Made by a program: the position numbers and the translations under genes | Assembly (NCBI GenBank): GCA_013115145.1 | Contig: JAAPAO010000004.1 | Location: forward strand, 1-64,000 | DNA: 64,000 bases | Origin: Perkinsus chesapeaki ATCC PRA-425 | Lineage: Eukaryota > Protista > Perkinsozoa | Reading direction: 5' to 3' | The notes under the pieces: generated by a model | Told to the model about the DNA's origin: nothing | Databases searched by the model: none | What the model saw: the letters and a program-made list of their open reading frames with translations, nothing else | Part shown: positions 1 to 10,652 of the stretch, piece after piece | Layout of the letters: each line of letters begins with the position of its first letter | Position numbering within the stretch: the first letter of the stretch is position 1

Positions 1-538
1 CAACTGGAGGAATAATTTGAGCACCATTATCACCATAGACCTTGAAACCATTGTATTGCTTTGGATTGTGAGAAGCTGTCATCTGACCACCAGCAAGGGC
101 ATGAAAGTGAACAATCAAGAATGGATTAGAAGGAGTTACACTGGTCTTGTCGATGAGATACACTTTGGCGCCTTTACTGATAAATACAGCAGAAGCAACA
201 TGAGCAAATTGACGAGAATTATGTCGTCCATCATAACCAAATACAACACCTCTTTGAGAGAGAGCATCTTTCCCAAATTTATCAATCAATTGCATACATA
301 ATCCTTGAGCAGCTTGCATAACAGTCAAACAATTGATACGGTTAAAACCAGCACCCATTTCACCACGAAGACCAGCGGTACCAAACTGCATACGATGATC
401 AGGATTAAGACGATCATCCACCTCATCAGCTAGAAGCTCTTGCGCCTCTTTACGAGTATTCTTATCAAAATCGAGAGAGAGCCAATTCTTAACAGCTAAC
501 GATTCTGATGTACTATTACAAACAGAAGAAGAAGACAT
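1..538 (-). CDS. PGM2: Phosphoglucomutase/phosphomannomutase (PGM2 family), 5' part; runs off the window edge
   Basis: Manual minus-strand translation from ATG at 538: MSSSSVCNSTSESLAVKNW...MQFGTAGLRGEMGAGFNRIN...FGYDGRHNS...TASHNPKQYNGFKVY. FGTAGLRG and the TASHNP phosphoserine motif are present. Absent from the ORF track because there is no stop in the window. Confidence 0.92.
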   Translation of the reverse strand, partial: MSSSSVCNSTSESLAVKNWLSLDFDKNTRKEAQELLADEVDDRLNPDHRMQFGTAGLRGEMGAGFNRINCLTVMQAAQGLCMQLIDKFGKDALSQRGVVFGYDGRHNSRQFAHVASAVFISKGAKVYLIDKTSVTPSNPFLIVHFHALAGGQMTASHNPKQYNGFKVYGDNGAQIIPPV

Positions 539-915
539 AATAATAAATATAAATTAATAAATAGAACTGCAATGACAAACTCATGAATCAACATCATCGT
601 CATTCCAAGTAAGCACCATTCAATCATGCTCGTTCAAGCTCTAATAGATATCCGGTATAAGACAGAGTATCTTTCTGCTAGTGGTAATGCTCAGCCTAGC
701 CGTCGACACAACAACTGCTGTCCCTTTTCGGAGTATCTTTTGTGTCACCGTTCTTCCTATCGTTGCTCAGACTACTTATCCGTTTTCGGTTTGGGTATAA
801 CTTTAAACACAATACCGTCTACATCGTCAAAGCCGTCCTATGCGAACGGAATGAGTTGTTGCAAGCGGTAGCACAGCAGCATTAGCAACACTGTTGTTAG
901 CTTTATACAAAATAC

Positions 916-2736
916 TTATTCGGATCTTGTAGTGAAGTCGCTTTCGGAACCTTCCTTGGCGCTTCCGATCATCTGAACAACAACATGACCATCATAACCA
1001 GTCAATAGTCGCTGCTCACCAATGGTGGCAGTCTATCCGGTACAGCGGCATAAGGACTGTGTATTGGCTTATCGCTAACGGATTCGACAGCGTAACTGGA
1101 AAGGGTGGCAGAGTATGATACCCCATCATAGTCGCCGCCTCCACCGCCTTACGTGTCCCAGCTGATCAACACCACTGCACCGAACATTAGGGCTGACCCC
1201 AGGACATATATGCTCTTGAATGTATGCAAACCCAGAATCGAACCTATGCCAGCAACAGCAGCTATGCTCGCAGTTAGGAGAACAATGTTCGCTACTGTCA
1301 ACCACCAATGACAGTGGGATGGTTAGAGATTGTCCGACAGCAGCTGCAAGCGGTGAAAGGAGGATGACCTAAACATGAATAAGAAGGGGTGAGAACTTAA
1401 CCATCATACGAATCTATCCTACTCCCAGAGAAAGAAAAAAATCCGATGCAACGCTGCCGAATATACCATTGGCCGTTAATACAACAAACTGTCCCCAAGT
1501 CGGAAGGGCCTAAAACGAGTAGCAACTACAAGTGCCGAAACATACAGTATTATTATGATGATGACTTACAAAAGTCTCATAGCCAGTAAAATGACATACA
1601 ACTATGCAGGGCACCTGTGGTAGGGTGTTTAACAATAGACCAGATTGATAGGATGACACACTTACTCCAACTGCCATACAGACTATGCCGAACATTCCGA
1701 ACAATTGGACAACCATTCGCTCATCAGGTACCTTCAAAGACGTAATGGGGCGATAGAAGCAACAGCAGCAGAATCAGCAGCAGTAGTAGTCTACTTACCC
1801 ACAACTTCAAGTAGCAACCAAAAATGCCGTAGCTGCACGCCGATCCCAATGCTATGATATCCCCAAGGACACTCTCATTGACCTGTATAGAAATAATAGG
1901 TGATATAGACGAGAGAGAGGAGGACGATACCGCCAGAGCTGTCTTAGGTGATGGTCTATTAAGAGCTGTAATAAGGACACCAATGACACACATAAGGACG
2001 GCTGATATAGGTGCAGCACGGCATAATGGGTAACCGAGGAGGAGCTGATAAAAGGGAAGGTGATAGTTAATATTAATAAAGGGTTAGATTACTATTGAAA
2101 ATATAAAGGAGAAGACACTTGAACAGCTCGATAAAGAACTGTTAGTGGCCACTGAGATGTACCTAATAAAAGTGCATCGCAAAGGGCATGTACGGTAAGA
2201 CCTCCTTCCTACTTCAGAGAGATGTTGTATGTCAATTGCGCGGTGAACCACATCAGACCTGATAAGCATTATAAATGTATAAATGATAATGTTAAACCCT
2301 TTCACCTAGGGCGCATATCTTGCTGGCCGATGGCAAGCTGAATCGATTGAAAGTATTATTATGATGTCGAGGTAAAGATACTAGCCCTGACTCCATCAGT
2401 AGTGGACTCGACTCGGCAGTGAGGTTATGACCAGGCGTAGGGCTGTGTAGATAATTACGAAAGGCCAATAGTATCACTGATAAGCTGAGTGAGTACACCT
2501 AATGATATTAAAAGTAACTCCAAGGATCCGAAGATAGCTGCTGTAACGTACCGTGAGAGCCACCGGTTTGTTGTAATCACCGTTAGTAAAAAGCAATTGA
2601 ATTGATACACCAGAACCGACGAAGGTGATGACACTTAGAGCCACAGCCTAAACAGAAGGAATTGAGCGAAAGTGATGGAATAGATACGTACGCATAGGCC
2701 CATGGAAGCTCTCTTGGTGACGTTGGTTACAACCAT
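916..2736 (-). CDS. SLC35F5/YML018C-like EamA (DMT) transporter, copy 1, multi-exon
   Basis: Exons: VITFVGSGVSIQLLF...YNKPVALT; WFTAQLTYNISLKYISVATNSSLSSCSSVFSFIFS; LGDIIALGSACSYGIFGCYLK; FGMFG; LSPLAAAVGQSLTIPLSLVVD; YVLGSALMFGAVVLISWD. GT-AG introns. Confidence 0.85.
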
Positions 2737-2887
2737 TTAGTCGAAGGAGGATGATGAGGAGATGGCCACGAGAAGTGGCAAAACCACCACCACAACAACA
2801 ACGCTAACAGAAGATAGTATAAATATGCGCTCCGATGAAATAATTATTGTGGCGAAGCGAAGCGAAAAAGCGTTTCTTAACAAATAT

Positions 2888-2969
2888 GACAGCGTGTCCG
2901 AGTGGTTAAGGAGGTGGACTAGAAATCCACTGGGCTCTGCCCGCGCAGGTTCGAATCCTGCCGCTGTCG
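2888..2969 (+). tRNA. tRNA-Ser(AGA)
   Basis: GACAGCG/CGCTGTC acceptor stem, GTGGA-CT-AGA-AA-TCCAC anticodon arm, long variable arm, GGTTCGAATCC T-loop; 82 nt. Confidence 0.96.
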
Positions 2970-3433
2970 ATTATAAAAATACAACCACATCTACACATCG
3001 AAACTACCTGGGATCGACTACCTACAAGATTTCTTTATCAACATCGAATAACACTATAAAGTCAAATGTGATGAAGTAATGGCAAGAGTGTAAGATTGAT
3101 GAGTGATATACGTCAATACGGAATGAAAGCAGATCCGTAAAACTATTAATTTTAATGGAAGGTTACGAAGTAACCAAGGTTAGTTAAGAGGCAAATACCC
3201 GACCTGCCTCAATTCACGCAGCGAGAGTGTCGGTGCGTGCGTGAATTGTGCAGCGTGTTTCGCACCGCGAAACACGCTTTATTCATTGTGTCATTGTCTA
3301 GCTACAGTTCGAACCCTCAAGTTAGTTTGAGTTGAAATACTACGTTTTCGGGTTCTCTCGAGTTTCTGATTATACTTCAATTCGTGGCACATCGTGCTCA
3401 TTAGTTGTGGCGGTTATTTGGTTATTTTTTTTC

Positions 3434-4642
3434 ATGGGAGTTGATGATGAGACTCCTCCAATTCTTCCTTCGGTCCACCCCACCGACCCGGTCCCTCCCA
3501 AGAGTTCAAGTTCTAAGGTAGAAGTTTCGAGGGTAGAAGGCGCCCCCGGCGACTCTAAGAAATCTGCTAACGATCCTAACTACATCGACCCGCATGAAGA
3601 CGTGGTCAACATGGTGAGAGCATATGCACCGTCTCGTGACATCGCCGATGAACTCATTAGAACTCTTGGTTTGAACGGTTTAACCTCGACTCACCTGCTC
3701 GGGTCGCTTTCGACGACATCTCTCGGTCGGGTCACTGGGAGCTTATCGGTCGCTGCAGCAGCCACGTTAGAGTCTGTTGTGGAAGAAATTGGGGCCGTCA
3801 TTCGCAAGAGGCGCAAGCTCCATGCCGAGGCCGACGCCCTGTCGCAACGATCTACGGTTCAGATTGAGGCCATAGTAAACCAAGCGGTGAAAAATTATCA
3901 CTCACCGTTGCCTCCCAATCTTTTTTATGGCATCTCAGCTTCGGTCATTTCCGCTATTAGTAATATCAAGAATGCCTGCTACGTTCCTTTCAAGGATATC
4001 ATGGAGAAGCCCGGCTTGGATGTGGAAGAAGCTCCTGACAGTTCAATTGGACCTCTATCCTCGACTTCTAGCACCACTCCGCCAAGAAAGAGTAAGTCTC
4101 CTGAATCAGTAGCTGATTGGTTTCAGTGCCGCTTTCGTTTCTCCCTTTTGATCGCTGGTACGATTGACCCTCTGGTTTTATCGCCGGTCGACGTGTTGGC
4201 CTACGGTTCGAGGATTATGAGTCTGGCCAAGTCTCTTCCTTTCTCTGCGGTCGTGGTATACGATGACAAGTACCGTCGCGGCCTAGCAGCAGTTGTGGCG
4301 GCTAACTCCCAGTTAACGTTGAGACAGTGCTTCCTTTCCGATGTTAATCCGACTCTGCTCGTCGAGGTGGCCAATCAATCTATCCGGACCTACAACAATA
4401 ATAACAACAAGCGCCACTTTGGTACCAATAACTCTGGTCATCATCCCCAGAAGTCCCAGGCCTGCAGGAAGTTCGCGATGGGCACTTGCACCTGGGGTGA
4501 TCGCTGCCGATATGTGCACGATACGGCCGGAAAGCCCGGTGGGCGTTCCACCGAGTCCTCGACGTCTGACCCAGCCCGGAGCGGTAAGCGTCAAGGGAAG
4601 CCCCCTGCCAAGTCCACTACCTCCGAAGAAGGTAAGACTTGA
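3434..4642 (+). CDS. Gag-like ORF1 with a CCCH zinc finger
   Basis: First plausible ATG at 3434 (MGVDDE). C-terminal CRKFAMGTCTWGDRCRYVH is C-x7-C-x5-C-x3-H. Lies upstream of RT. Confidence 0.75.
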   Translation: MGVDDETPPILPSVHPTDPVPPKSSSSKVEVSRVEGAPGDSKKSANDPNYIDPHEDVVNMVRAYAPSRDIADELIRTLGLNGLTSTHLLGSLSTTSLGRVTGSLSVAAAATLESVVEEIGAVIRKRRKLHAEADALSQRSTVQIEAIVNQAVKNYHSPLPPNLFYGISASVISAISNIKNACYVPFKDIMEKPGLDVEEAPDSSIGPLSSTSSTTPPRKSKSPESVADWFQCRFRFSLLIAGTIDPLVLSPVDVLAYGSRIMSLAKSLPFSAVVVYDDKYRRGLAAVVAANSQLTLRQCFLSDVNPTLLVEVANQSIRTYNNNNNKRHFGTNNSGHHPQKSQACRKFAMGTCTWGDRCRYVHDTAGKPGGRSTESSTSDPARSGKRQGKPPAKSTTSEEGKT

Positions 4643-4896
4643 AGTTTCGTTTTGCGCATTGGGGTTTCGGCGCTTAGCCCAATCCTCACCTCGATCGTTT
4701 TTCGAGTACATGATACCTAGTCGACTCCGTTCGACCCGCGTCGGGTTTCGGTTGTCTCGCTCTCTCGACTCCGATGATTACTGAGAATGATTTCATTTAA
4801 TCATCAGGTTTTTGCGTTGAAAGTAACCGTTCTGGGGACTGTTCGAAGTCAATAAAAGAAGCAAGCACGAGCGAGGCGCACACACCTGATGACCAC

Positions 4897-6894
4897 GTGA
4901 AGCTGCTCCGTGAGACGGCCTGCGGTGTAGTGCTCGAAAATCAGAGCCAAGTGGGCTATCGTGACGGGACAGGCCTGGTTGCCGCAACCCCATCGGAGCT
5001 GTCTCGTGGTTCTTGTTCCCCGAACCTGCAGCGGGTAGCCGATCTGTTCCTGGCTGAAGCTAAGGTCATTGAGGAATCCGGACTACTTTCCTCGGTTTGT
5101 GGCTCTCTCGCCGAAAGTCAGATACCGAATGTAGCTGCTGCTTTCAACGAGGCAACGGGTCGCCTGGTTCCCGACCTATGTTCGCTGCTGAATTGCTCTC
5201 CCCGGACTTCTTCTTGTGGGAGCCCTGTCAGGGCCGAGCTTGGGAAGGCACTTTGTGAACTGATTGGCGATCCCGACTGTGATATTTTTACCCAAATCGA
5301 TGAAGGCCTCAGTCTTGGAGTTGATCGGCCTCTACAGCCCTCTGGCATCTTTCCGGCGGCTCGGTCGAAAGCTCACATCAATAGAGAAATGGAGGTTTTT
5401 AACCTCAAGAAAGCCCACCGCAATTTCTCATCGGTGGAGGCTGCTCCCGATGTGTGTCTGGCCCTTCTTCGACGTGAAGTTGCTCTTGGGAGAATGTCAG
5501 AGTTGTCATATTTCGAGGCTCAAAAGGATCCCAAGCGTCTTTATGCGCGCATGGCCATGATTCCGAAGTCAGATGGCTCGTATCGGTTGATAGAGGACCA
5601 CACTGCGAGCTCTTTGAACGATGCGTGTCAGCTACCAGAGACCTGTTCCTTACCAAGAGCTTGCGACCTGGCTGCGGGGTTGAAAGATCTCTATCATACG
5701 AGATCAGGCCTTCCGCCCGAGCCACACGCCTGTCACAAAGCATTGCCCTTCGGGGCAGCCGCTTCGCCTTTTCATTGGTGTAGAGGCAGCGCGAGTGTTA
5801 TACGCTTGACGAACGCCTTGCTGCGTTTCATTTTGGCTCATGCGAGGTTTCTCTCAATCATCTACATCGACGATGGTTTATTAGCACTGCTCAAGCGGCA
5901 CTACATCATTGGGTGTGTCGTAGCACTCTTAGTATGGCACGTGCTCAATGTGGAGGTTGCTTGGTCCAAATGCCTCTTTGCCGTAAAATCGGTTAAATAC
6001 ATCGGTTTCGACGTTTCGGTATCGTCACCATTGGGGCCCTCGGTGGTTGTCCACCCCGATATTTGGGCCTCCATCAGGGATCTGCTGGGTGATTTCCGTG
6101 CTTACCGTAAAGTTCATGCGCCGAACCTCGCCAAGGTCCTCGGGAAGCTAGTTTTTGCTACCCAGCTTTTGCGAGAGTTGAAAGGTTTCCTGCAACCCTT
6201 TTATGCTCTACTTGAGACTTTCGAGCAGAAGAGAAGGCAGTCTAAGCCTCTGCGGTCTGTGAGGCTCTCGGAGGAGTCTAAAACCTTCAAGGCCATTGTA
6301 TTTTGGCTGGAGGTCATTTCAAAGCCCAGGGCTCCAATGATACTATCCCCGCGCGGCTTGCCGAAGCCCTTCGTGGTCGGGGCGTCCGATGCCTCGATAG
6401 AATACTTGGCCGGGTGGGCCTCAGATGGTGATACTGGTTTGTGGTTCAGGGTTAGTACGAGTTCGCCCGCGGTCCTTTCTTGGGTGAAAGAGCTAGGTTC
6501 AGTTCCAAGTGGCCCAGCCTCTCACCGAGACATTGCTCTTTATGAATTACTAGCTGCAGTTGCGACAATGCGCATGGTGGCTACTTGGAAGGGCGAGCAG
6601 CGCCCAGAGGGCTCGGCCTTCGCTGCCGAACTAGTTCTGTTTTGCGATAACTCAGCAGTTATTGGATCACTCAAGAGGCTCTACTCCCCGAGCACTAAGC
6701 TAGCCGTGGTCTTACAGGCAGCCGCTCACTGGATTGGAAAGCTACGGTCGTCTACGCATTTTGTCTACATCAAGTCCCAAGCCAACTGGCTAGCTGATTC
6801 GTTATCGAGAGACGGTCATGTCTCCCTCGGTGCACAATGGGCTCAGAACACCGATGCCGTTGTCGCCTTTCAGTCTTCTCGGGTCATAAGTTGA
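4897..6894 (+). CDS. Reverse transcriptase / RNase H (DIRS-type), probably internally deleted
   Basis: RT motifs RLIEDH, ALPFGAAASP, IIYIDDGL, VKYIGF. RNase H motifs ASDAS, IALYELLA, FCDNSAV, NWLADSLSR. The frame is open from 4801. Confidence 0.88.
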   Translation: MKLLRETACGVVLENQSQVGYRDGTGLVAATPSELSRGSCSPNLQRVADLFLAEAKVIEESGLLSSVCGSLAESQIPNVAAAFNEATGRLVPDLCSLLNCSPRTSSCGSPVRAELGKALCELIGDPDCDIFTQIDEGLSLGVDRPLQPSGIFPAARSKAHINREMEVFNLKKAHRNFSSVEAAPDVCLALLRREVALGRMSELSYFEAQKDPKRLYARMAMIPKSDGSYRLIEDHTASSLNDACQLPETCSLPRACDLAAGLKDLYHTRSGLPPEPHACHKALPFGAAASPFHWCRGSASVIRLTNALLRFILAHARFLSIIYIDDGLLALLKRHYIIGCVVALLVWHVLNVEVAWSKCLFAVKSVKYIGFDVSVSSPLGPSVVVHPDIWASIRDLLGDFRAYRKVHAPNLAKVLGKLVFATQLLRELKGFLQPFYALLETFEQKRRQSKPLRSVRLSEESKTFKAIVFWLEVISKPRAPMILSPRGLPKPFVVGASDASIEYLAGWASDGDTGLWFRVSTSSPAVLSWVKELGSVPSGPASHRDIALYELLAAVATMRMVATWKGEQRPEGSAFAAELVLFCDNSAVIGSLKRLYSPSTKLAVVLQAAAHWIGKLRSSTHFVYIKSQANWLADSLSRDGHVSLGAQWAQNTDAVVAFQSSRVIS

Positions 6895-6950
6895 ATTTAG
6901 CTGGGAACCACACCTTCGAGGCATTGTAGTTTGTTTCTGTATCAGGTCTA

Positions 6951-8021
6951 TTGTTGAGTTACCAACCCTTAACTCGGGTTCCCAAGTGCTACCCGGCCTG
7001 GGCTCCTTCGAGTAACCCAAAAAGAGAGAGTGTGCGAGAACTGATAGCCGAGAAAGGACGTGACTCTTCGAGACTGTTGGCCGAAGAATTTGCGGCGACG
7101 GGCTTGGCGCAGAACACGAATGAGCTTTACGACCGGACCGTCCAGTTCTACGCGCAAATGGTCGGGACACCGTGCTTCCCACTGACCGTTTCTGACTTGC
7201 AGTTATTCATATGGGCCTTAACCAAATGTGGCTATGCTTATAATACGATAAAGACTTATGTGTCTGGGCTGAGGTCTAGGAATAAGTCGCGTGGTTATGA
7301 CTTATCAGTCAGTGAGTCGTTCAGATTGTCACACGTTCTCCGCGCGGCAGAGAAGGCATGCAGTTCAACACCCACGAAACAGATGCTGCCTCTGAATAAG
7401 ATGGATATCTTCAAGATTTTCCGTCGCTGGCACCCAAGGCGTGACCTTTCGTCGGCCGCAATTCTGATTGGTATCTTCGGCTTGTTAAGAGCGGACGAGA
7501 TTCTGGCGCTCGAGTGGGATGATATATCTATACGGTGTTCTCCAGCAGGTGCTGTTTCTCCCTGCATCATGGAGGTTAAGATAAGACGAAGCAAAACCGA
7601 TCAGGTAGCAGCTGGGCAGTCGGTGTATATTGCCTGCACGTCTCGGGTTATGGCCTCCCTTCCAGAAGGGATTGGGGAAGGAGCTACCTGCGACCTTTGT
7701 CCTCTCCACGTCCTCTGGGACCGGAAACCAACAGATGGGACGGGGGGAAAGATTTTCCCGCTCTATTACCAGGACCTCTTGAGAACCATTCGAACCCGCC
7801 TGGGCCCAGTTGTTGGCTACGATGTGGTTGACGAGTTCGGCACCCATACCCTTCGACGCACTGGTGCCCAGCTTCTCCATCAGGCTTTGCCGGCAGAGTC
7901 TCCTGTACTGATGCGAGCCGGTCGTTGGAAGTCGCTATCAGTGCTAGAGTACCTCCACGAGAGTTCGGAGGTGAAAGCAAAGTTCGCTACTTGCTATATG
8001 CTAACCGGTAGACTCGAGTAG
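6951..8021 (+). CDS. Tyrosine recombinase
   Basis: Catalytic set present: FGLLRADE (R), RRSKTDQ (K), THTLRRTG (HxxR), GRWKS (W), VLEYL (Y). Confidence 0.9.
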   Translation: MLSYQPLTRVPKCYPAWAPSSNPKRESVRELIAEKGRDSSRLLAEEFAATGLAQNTNELYDRTVQFYAQMVGTPCFPLTVSDLQLFIWALTKCGYAYNTIKTYVSGLRSRNKSRGYDLSVSESFRLSHVLRAAEKACSSTPTKQMLPLNKMDIFKIFRRWHPRRDLSSAAILIGIFGLLRADEILALEWDDISIRCSPAGAVSPCIMEVKIRRSKTDQVAAGQSVYIACTSRVMASLPEGIGEGATCDLCPLHVLWDRKPTDGTGGKIFPLYYQDLLRTIRTRLGPVVGYDVVDEFGTHTLRRTGAQLLHQALPAESPVLMRAGRWKSLSVLEYLHESSEVKAKFATCYMLTGRLE

Positions 8022-8812
8022 TTTCATATCACAGCGGATAAGTTGTTGAAGTATATAGGTGCTAGTGATCGAAAACGGGTTTGTAGTTTCCGAGCTGTTT
8101 TCAACAGTCTTGAGTTTCATGAGTTCGGGGCTTGACGGCTAACTCCGTGGGATGATTTACTGGACAAATCGGGTGAATCGGCAAGTTGAGACCACGCCAT
8201 AGTTGTGCTAGCGTATACATGTGAAATATCGCTAGACCAATAGATAAGTGATAGTCACTTACTACCCAAAGCGAGTTCTCAACTTGGTGATTGACGCACC
8301 CGTAAGTCATCCTCAGGTAAATGGTTTTGAGCCAATAAGATAGTTGCTTCAGCACCATTTTACCTGGTGTGGTACTTACGGGCTTGTTGTCCTGTTCTTC
8401 ATCCCCCTGGATGGGTACGCAAAGGGCATAGGCAATGCTCATTGATATGAGTGTTTCATGATTTGTAATTAGTCCAAGAATGCATTGTATACACGGACAC
8501 TGTCAAATAGAGTTTTCCGGGGGAACGCCCCTTAGTGAGATTCTAGTACGAAGGCTCTTATTGAGAGAAGCTTCGGATGTGAAGGTATCTGCTAGTGAGA
8601 CGCATACTGTGGGTGTGTTATGATCATCTAGTGGTGGCAAATGAGCTTTACCAGTTGAGCTTGTCAAGGAGTACTGACACGAATGTTTATCTGCATCGCA
8701 GGGCAACCTGGCTCGCTAACTAAACACGATGAAACACAATGTCACTTATTAATGGAGACGTAATAGCAGGGCAGCAGCAGCACACACAAGGAACATCATT
8801 ATCAATAATCTT

Positions 8813-10540
8813 TCATACGTTAACAGAGCTCTCTTCTGTCACTTCGGCATTCGCCTTCCCGATAATCTGTCATGGAAAAGTGAATTAACCAATGAAGATG
8901 CTGGGCAGCAGATACGAGCTCAAACTCGCACCAGCGGGGCTCCTTGCTGATGCTTTTGTTCTTGTCTGACTGTTTGTGGACTACTTGGTGGACTTGTCAC
9001 CACTTTTGCTTTATCGGACTCAACGTTGTAACTGAAACCGTGTAATTTGGTCATGACGAATATAAAAGTAAAAACCCCTACGTGTCCCAACTAATGAGCA
9101 CCACAGCACCGAAAACCAACGCCGATCCGAGCACATAGACGCCCTTGAAGGTATGCAGACCAAGTATTGAACCTACCGAGCAACAACACTGGTGAAAAGA
9201 ACGCCACGAAACTTACTGTCAACAACCAAAGACAAAGGGATAGTTAACGATAGCCCAACAGCAGCGGCAAGAGGGGATAGGAGAATAACCTGACAGGACA
9301 TGACACGCATTATGCAGTGATGATGATGACACACCGCCACTGATAGAAGGTAATCTGAAGCAACACTTCCAAGGATGGCATTGGCCGTCATAGCGCCGAA
9401 TTGACCCCAGGTGGGTAGCATCTAACAGAAAGCAATGATAGCAGTAAAGGACTAGGACCTACCAGTGTCTCGAGACCTGTTATGTGGCATACAAGCAGCA
9501 GAGGTATCTAATAAAGATACTAATAGAGTTAATGATGTGAAAGATGATAACATCTTACACCAAGAACAAATGCCACTACACCAAACATGCCGAATACGTA
9601 GGCCACCATACGCTCATCGGGCACCTGAATGTAGAGACGTTGAGGCAGCAGACGGCGAGGATGTGGTACCCAAAGCTTAAGGCAGCACGTAAAGAGCCCA
9701 TAGCAGCATGCCGACCCCAATGCTAGGGAATCACCGAGGATGCTCTCTGGAACCTATACAAGTGAAATGAGCTTATCGGAGAGCATGGTAATAAAAGTAC
9801 GGCTAAGTCTGTCTTAGGTGATGGTCTATTAAGAGCTGTAATAAGGACACCAATGACACACATAAGGACGGCTGATATAGGTGCAGCACGGCATAATGGG
9901 TAACCGAGGAGGAGCTGATAAAAGGGAAGGTGATAGTTAATATTAATAAAGGGTTAGATTACTATTGAAAATATAAAAGTGAAGACACTTGAACAGCTCG
10001 ATAAAGAACTGTTAGTGGCCACTGAGGTATACTTCAATGAGATGTTGTATGACAATTGTGATACAAACCACATTGCACCTGACAACTTGACCATATACCA
10101 ACTTCCACAGTATTCATTCTCACCCAGCGCCCAGACAAGCCTCCTCTGTGGCCACTTGGCTTCCTCTAATGGCACAACTGCTGATGCTGATGCTGATGCC
10201 AGCAATGGACTGGACTCAGTTGGCGGTAGAGTGTCTTGGCCCGGCATGTGGATGAACTTACGGCACCCCAATAATAGAACAGATAGTGTTAATGAGTATA
10301 CCTGCCAGATATCATTCCAAGTAGCTGTAACGTTGATGATGATGATGATGAACTTACAGTGAGGGCCACAGGCTTGTCATAATCGCCACTGGTGAATATT
10401 AATTGTATAGCGGCACCGGAGGCCACGAAGGTTATAACAACCAATGCCATGACCTGAAGTAAATGGAGGGGGAATGACGCAAGAAGGCGCCTCCTCACCG
10501 CCAATCCTAGTAGTGTCCTCCTGCTCGCACTGTTTATCAT
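8813..10540 (-). CDS. SLC35F5/YML018C-like EamA (DMT) transporter, copy 2, multi-exon
   Basis: Paralogous exons: VITFVASGAAIQLIFTSGDYDKPVALT; WFVSQLSYNISLKYTSVATNSSLSSCSSVFTFIFS; ILGSVASDYL; LSPLAAAVGLSLTIPLSLVVD. Confidence 0.85.
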
Positions 10541-10652
10541 ATGGGATAAAAACAACTACCAGAAATACTGCATCGCTCCGCTAATTATAGGTGAACATTG
10601 AAACTCAAGAGGAAGAGGAGGCCAACAACACCTGCAAGGGTTCAGTCAACTT

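Larger units (their letters stand above)
3200..8100 (+). mobile_element. Tyrosine-recombinase retrotransposon (DIRS/Ngaro-like); boundaries approximate
   Basis: Intronless gag-like, RT/RNase H and YR ORFs in tandem, in an otherwise intron-rich region. Termini not resolved. Confidence 0.88.

Noticed and set aside
1231-1246. GGTTCGATTC T-loop-like word in SLC35F5 copy 1
   Set aside because: It straddles a splice acceptor and coding sequence (SSILG). The paralog has GGTTCAATAC at the same codons, so it is coding coincidence.
1126-1308. Cys-rich 60-aa ORF
   Set aside because: It is an out-of-frame read-through of SLC35F5 exons and introns.
2762-3079. 105-aa + strand ORF
   Set aside because: It overlaps tRNA-Ser entirely and has no protein features.
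3307-3316. B-box match GTTCGAACCC at the retroelement 5' end
   Set aside because: It lacks the variable-region and acceptor-strand context of the intronic elements; about two chance hits are expected in the window.
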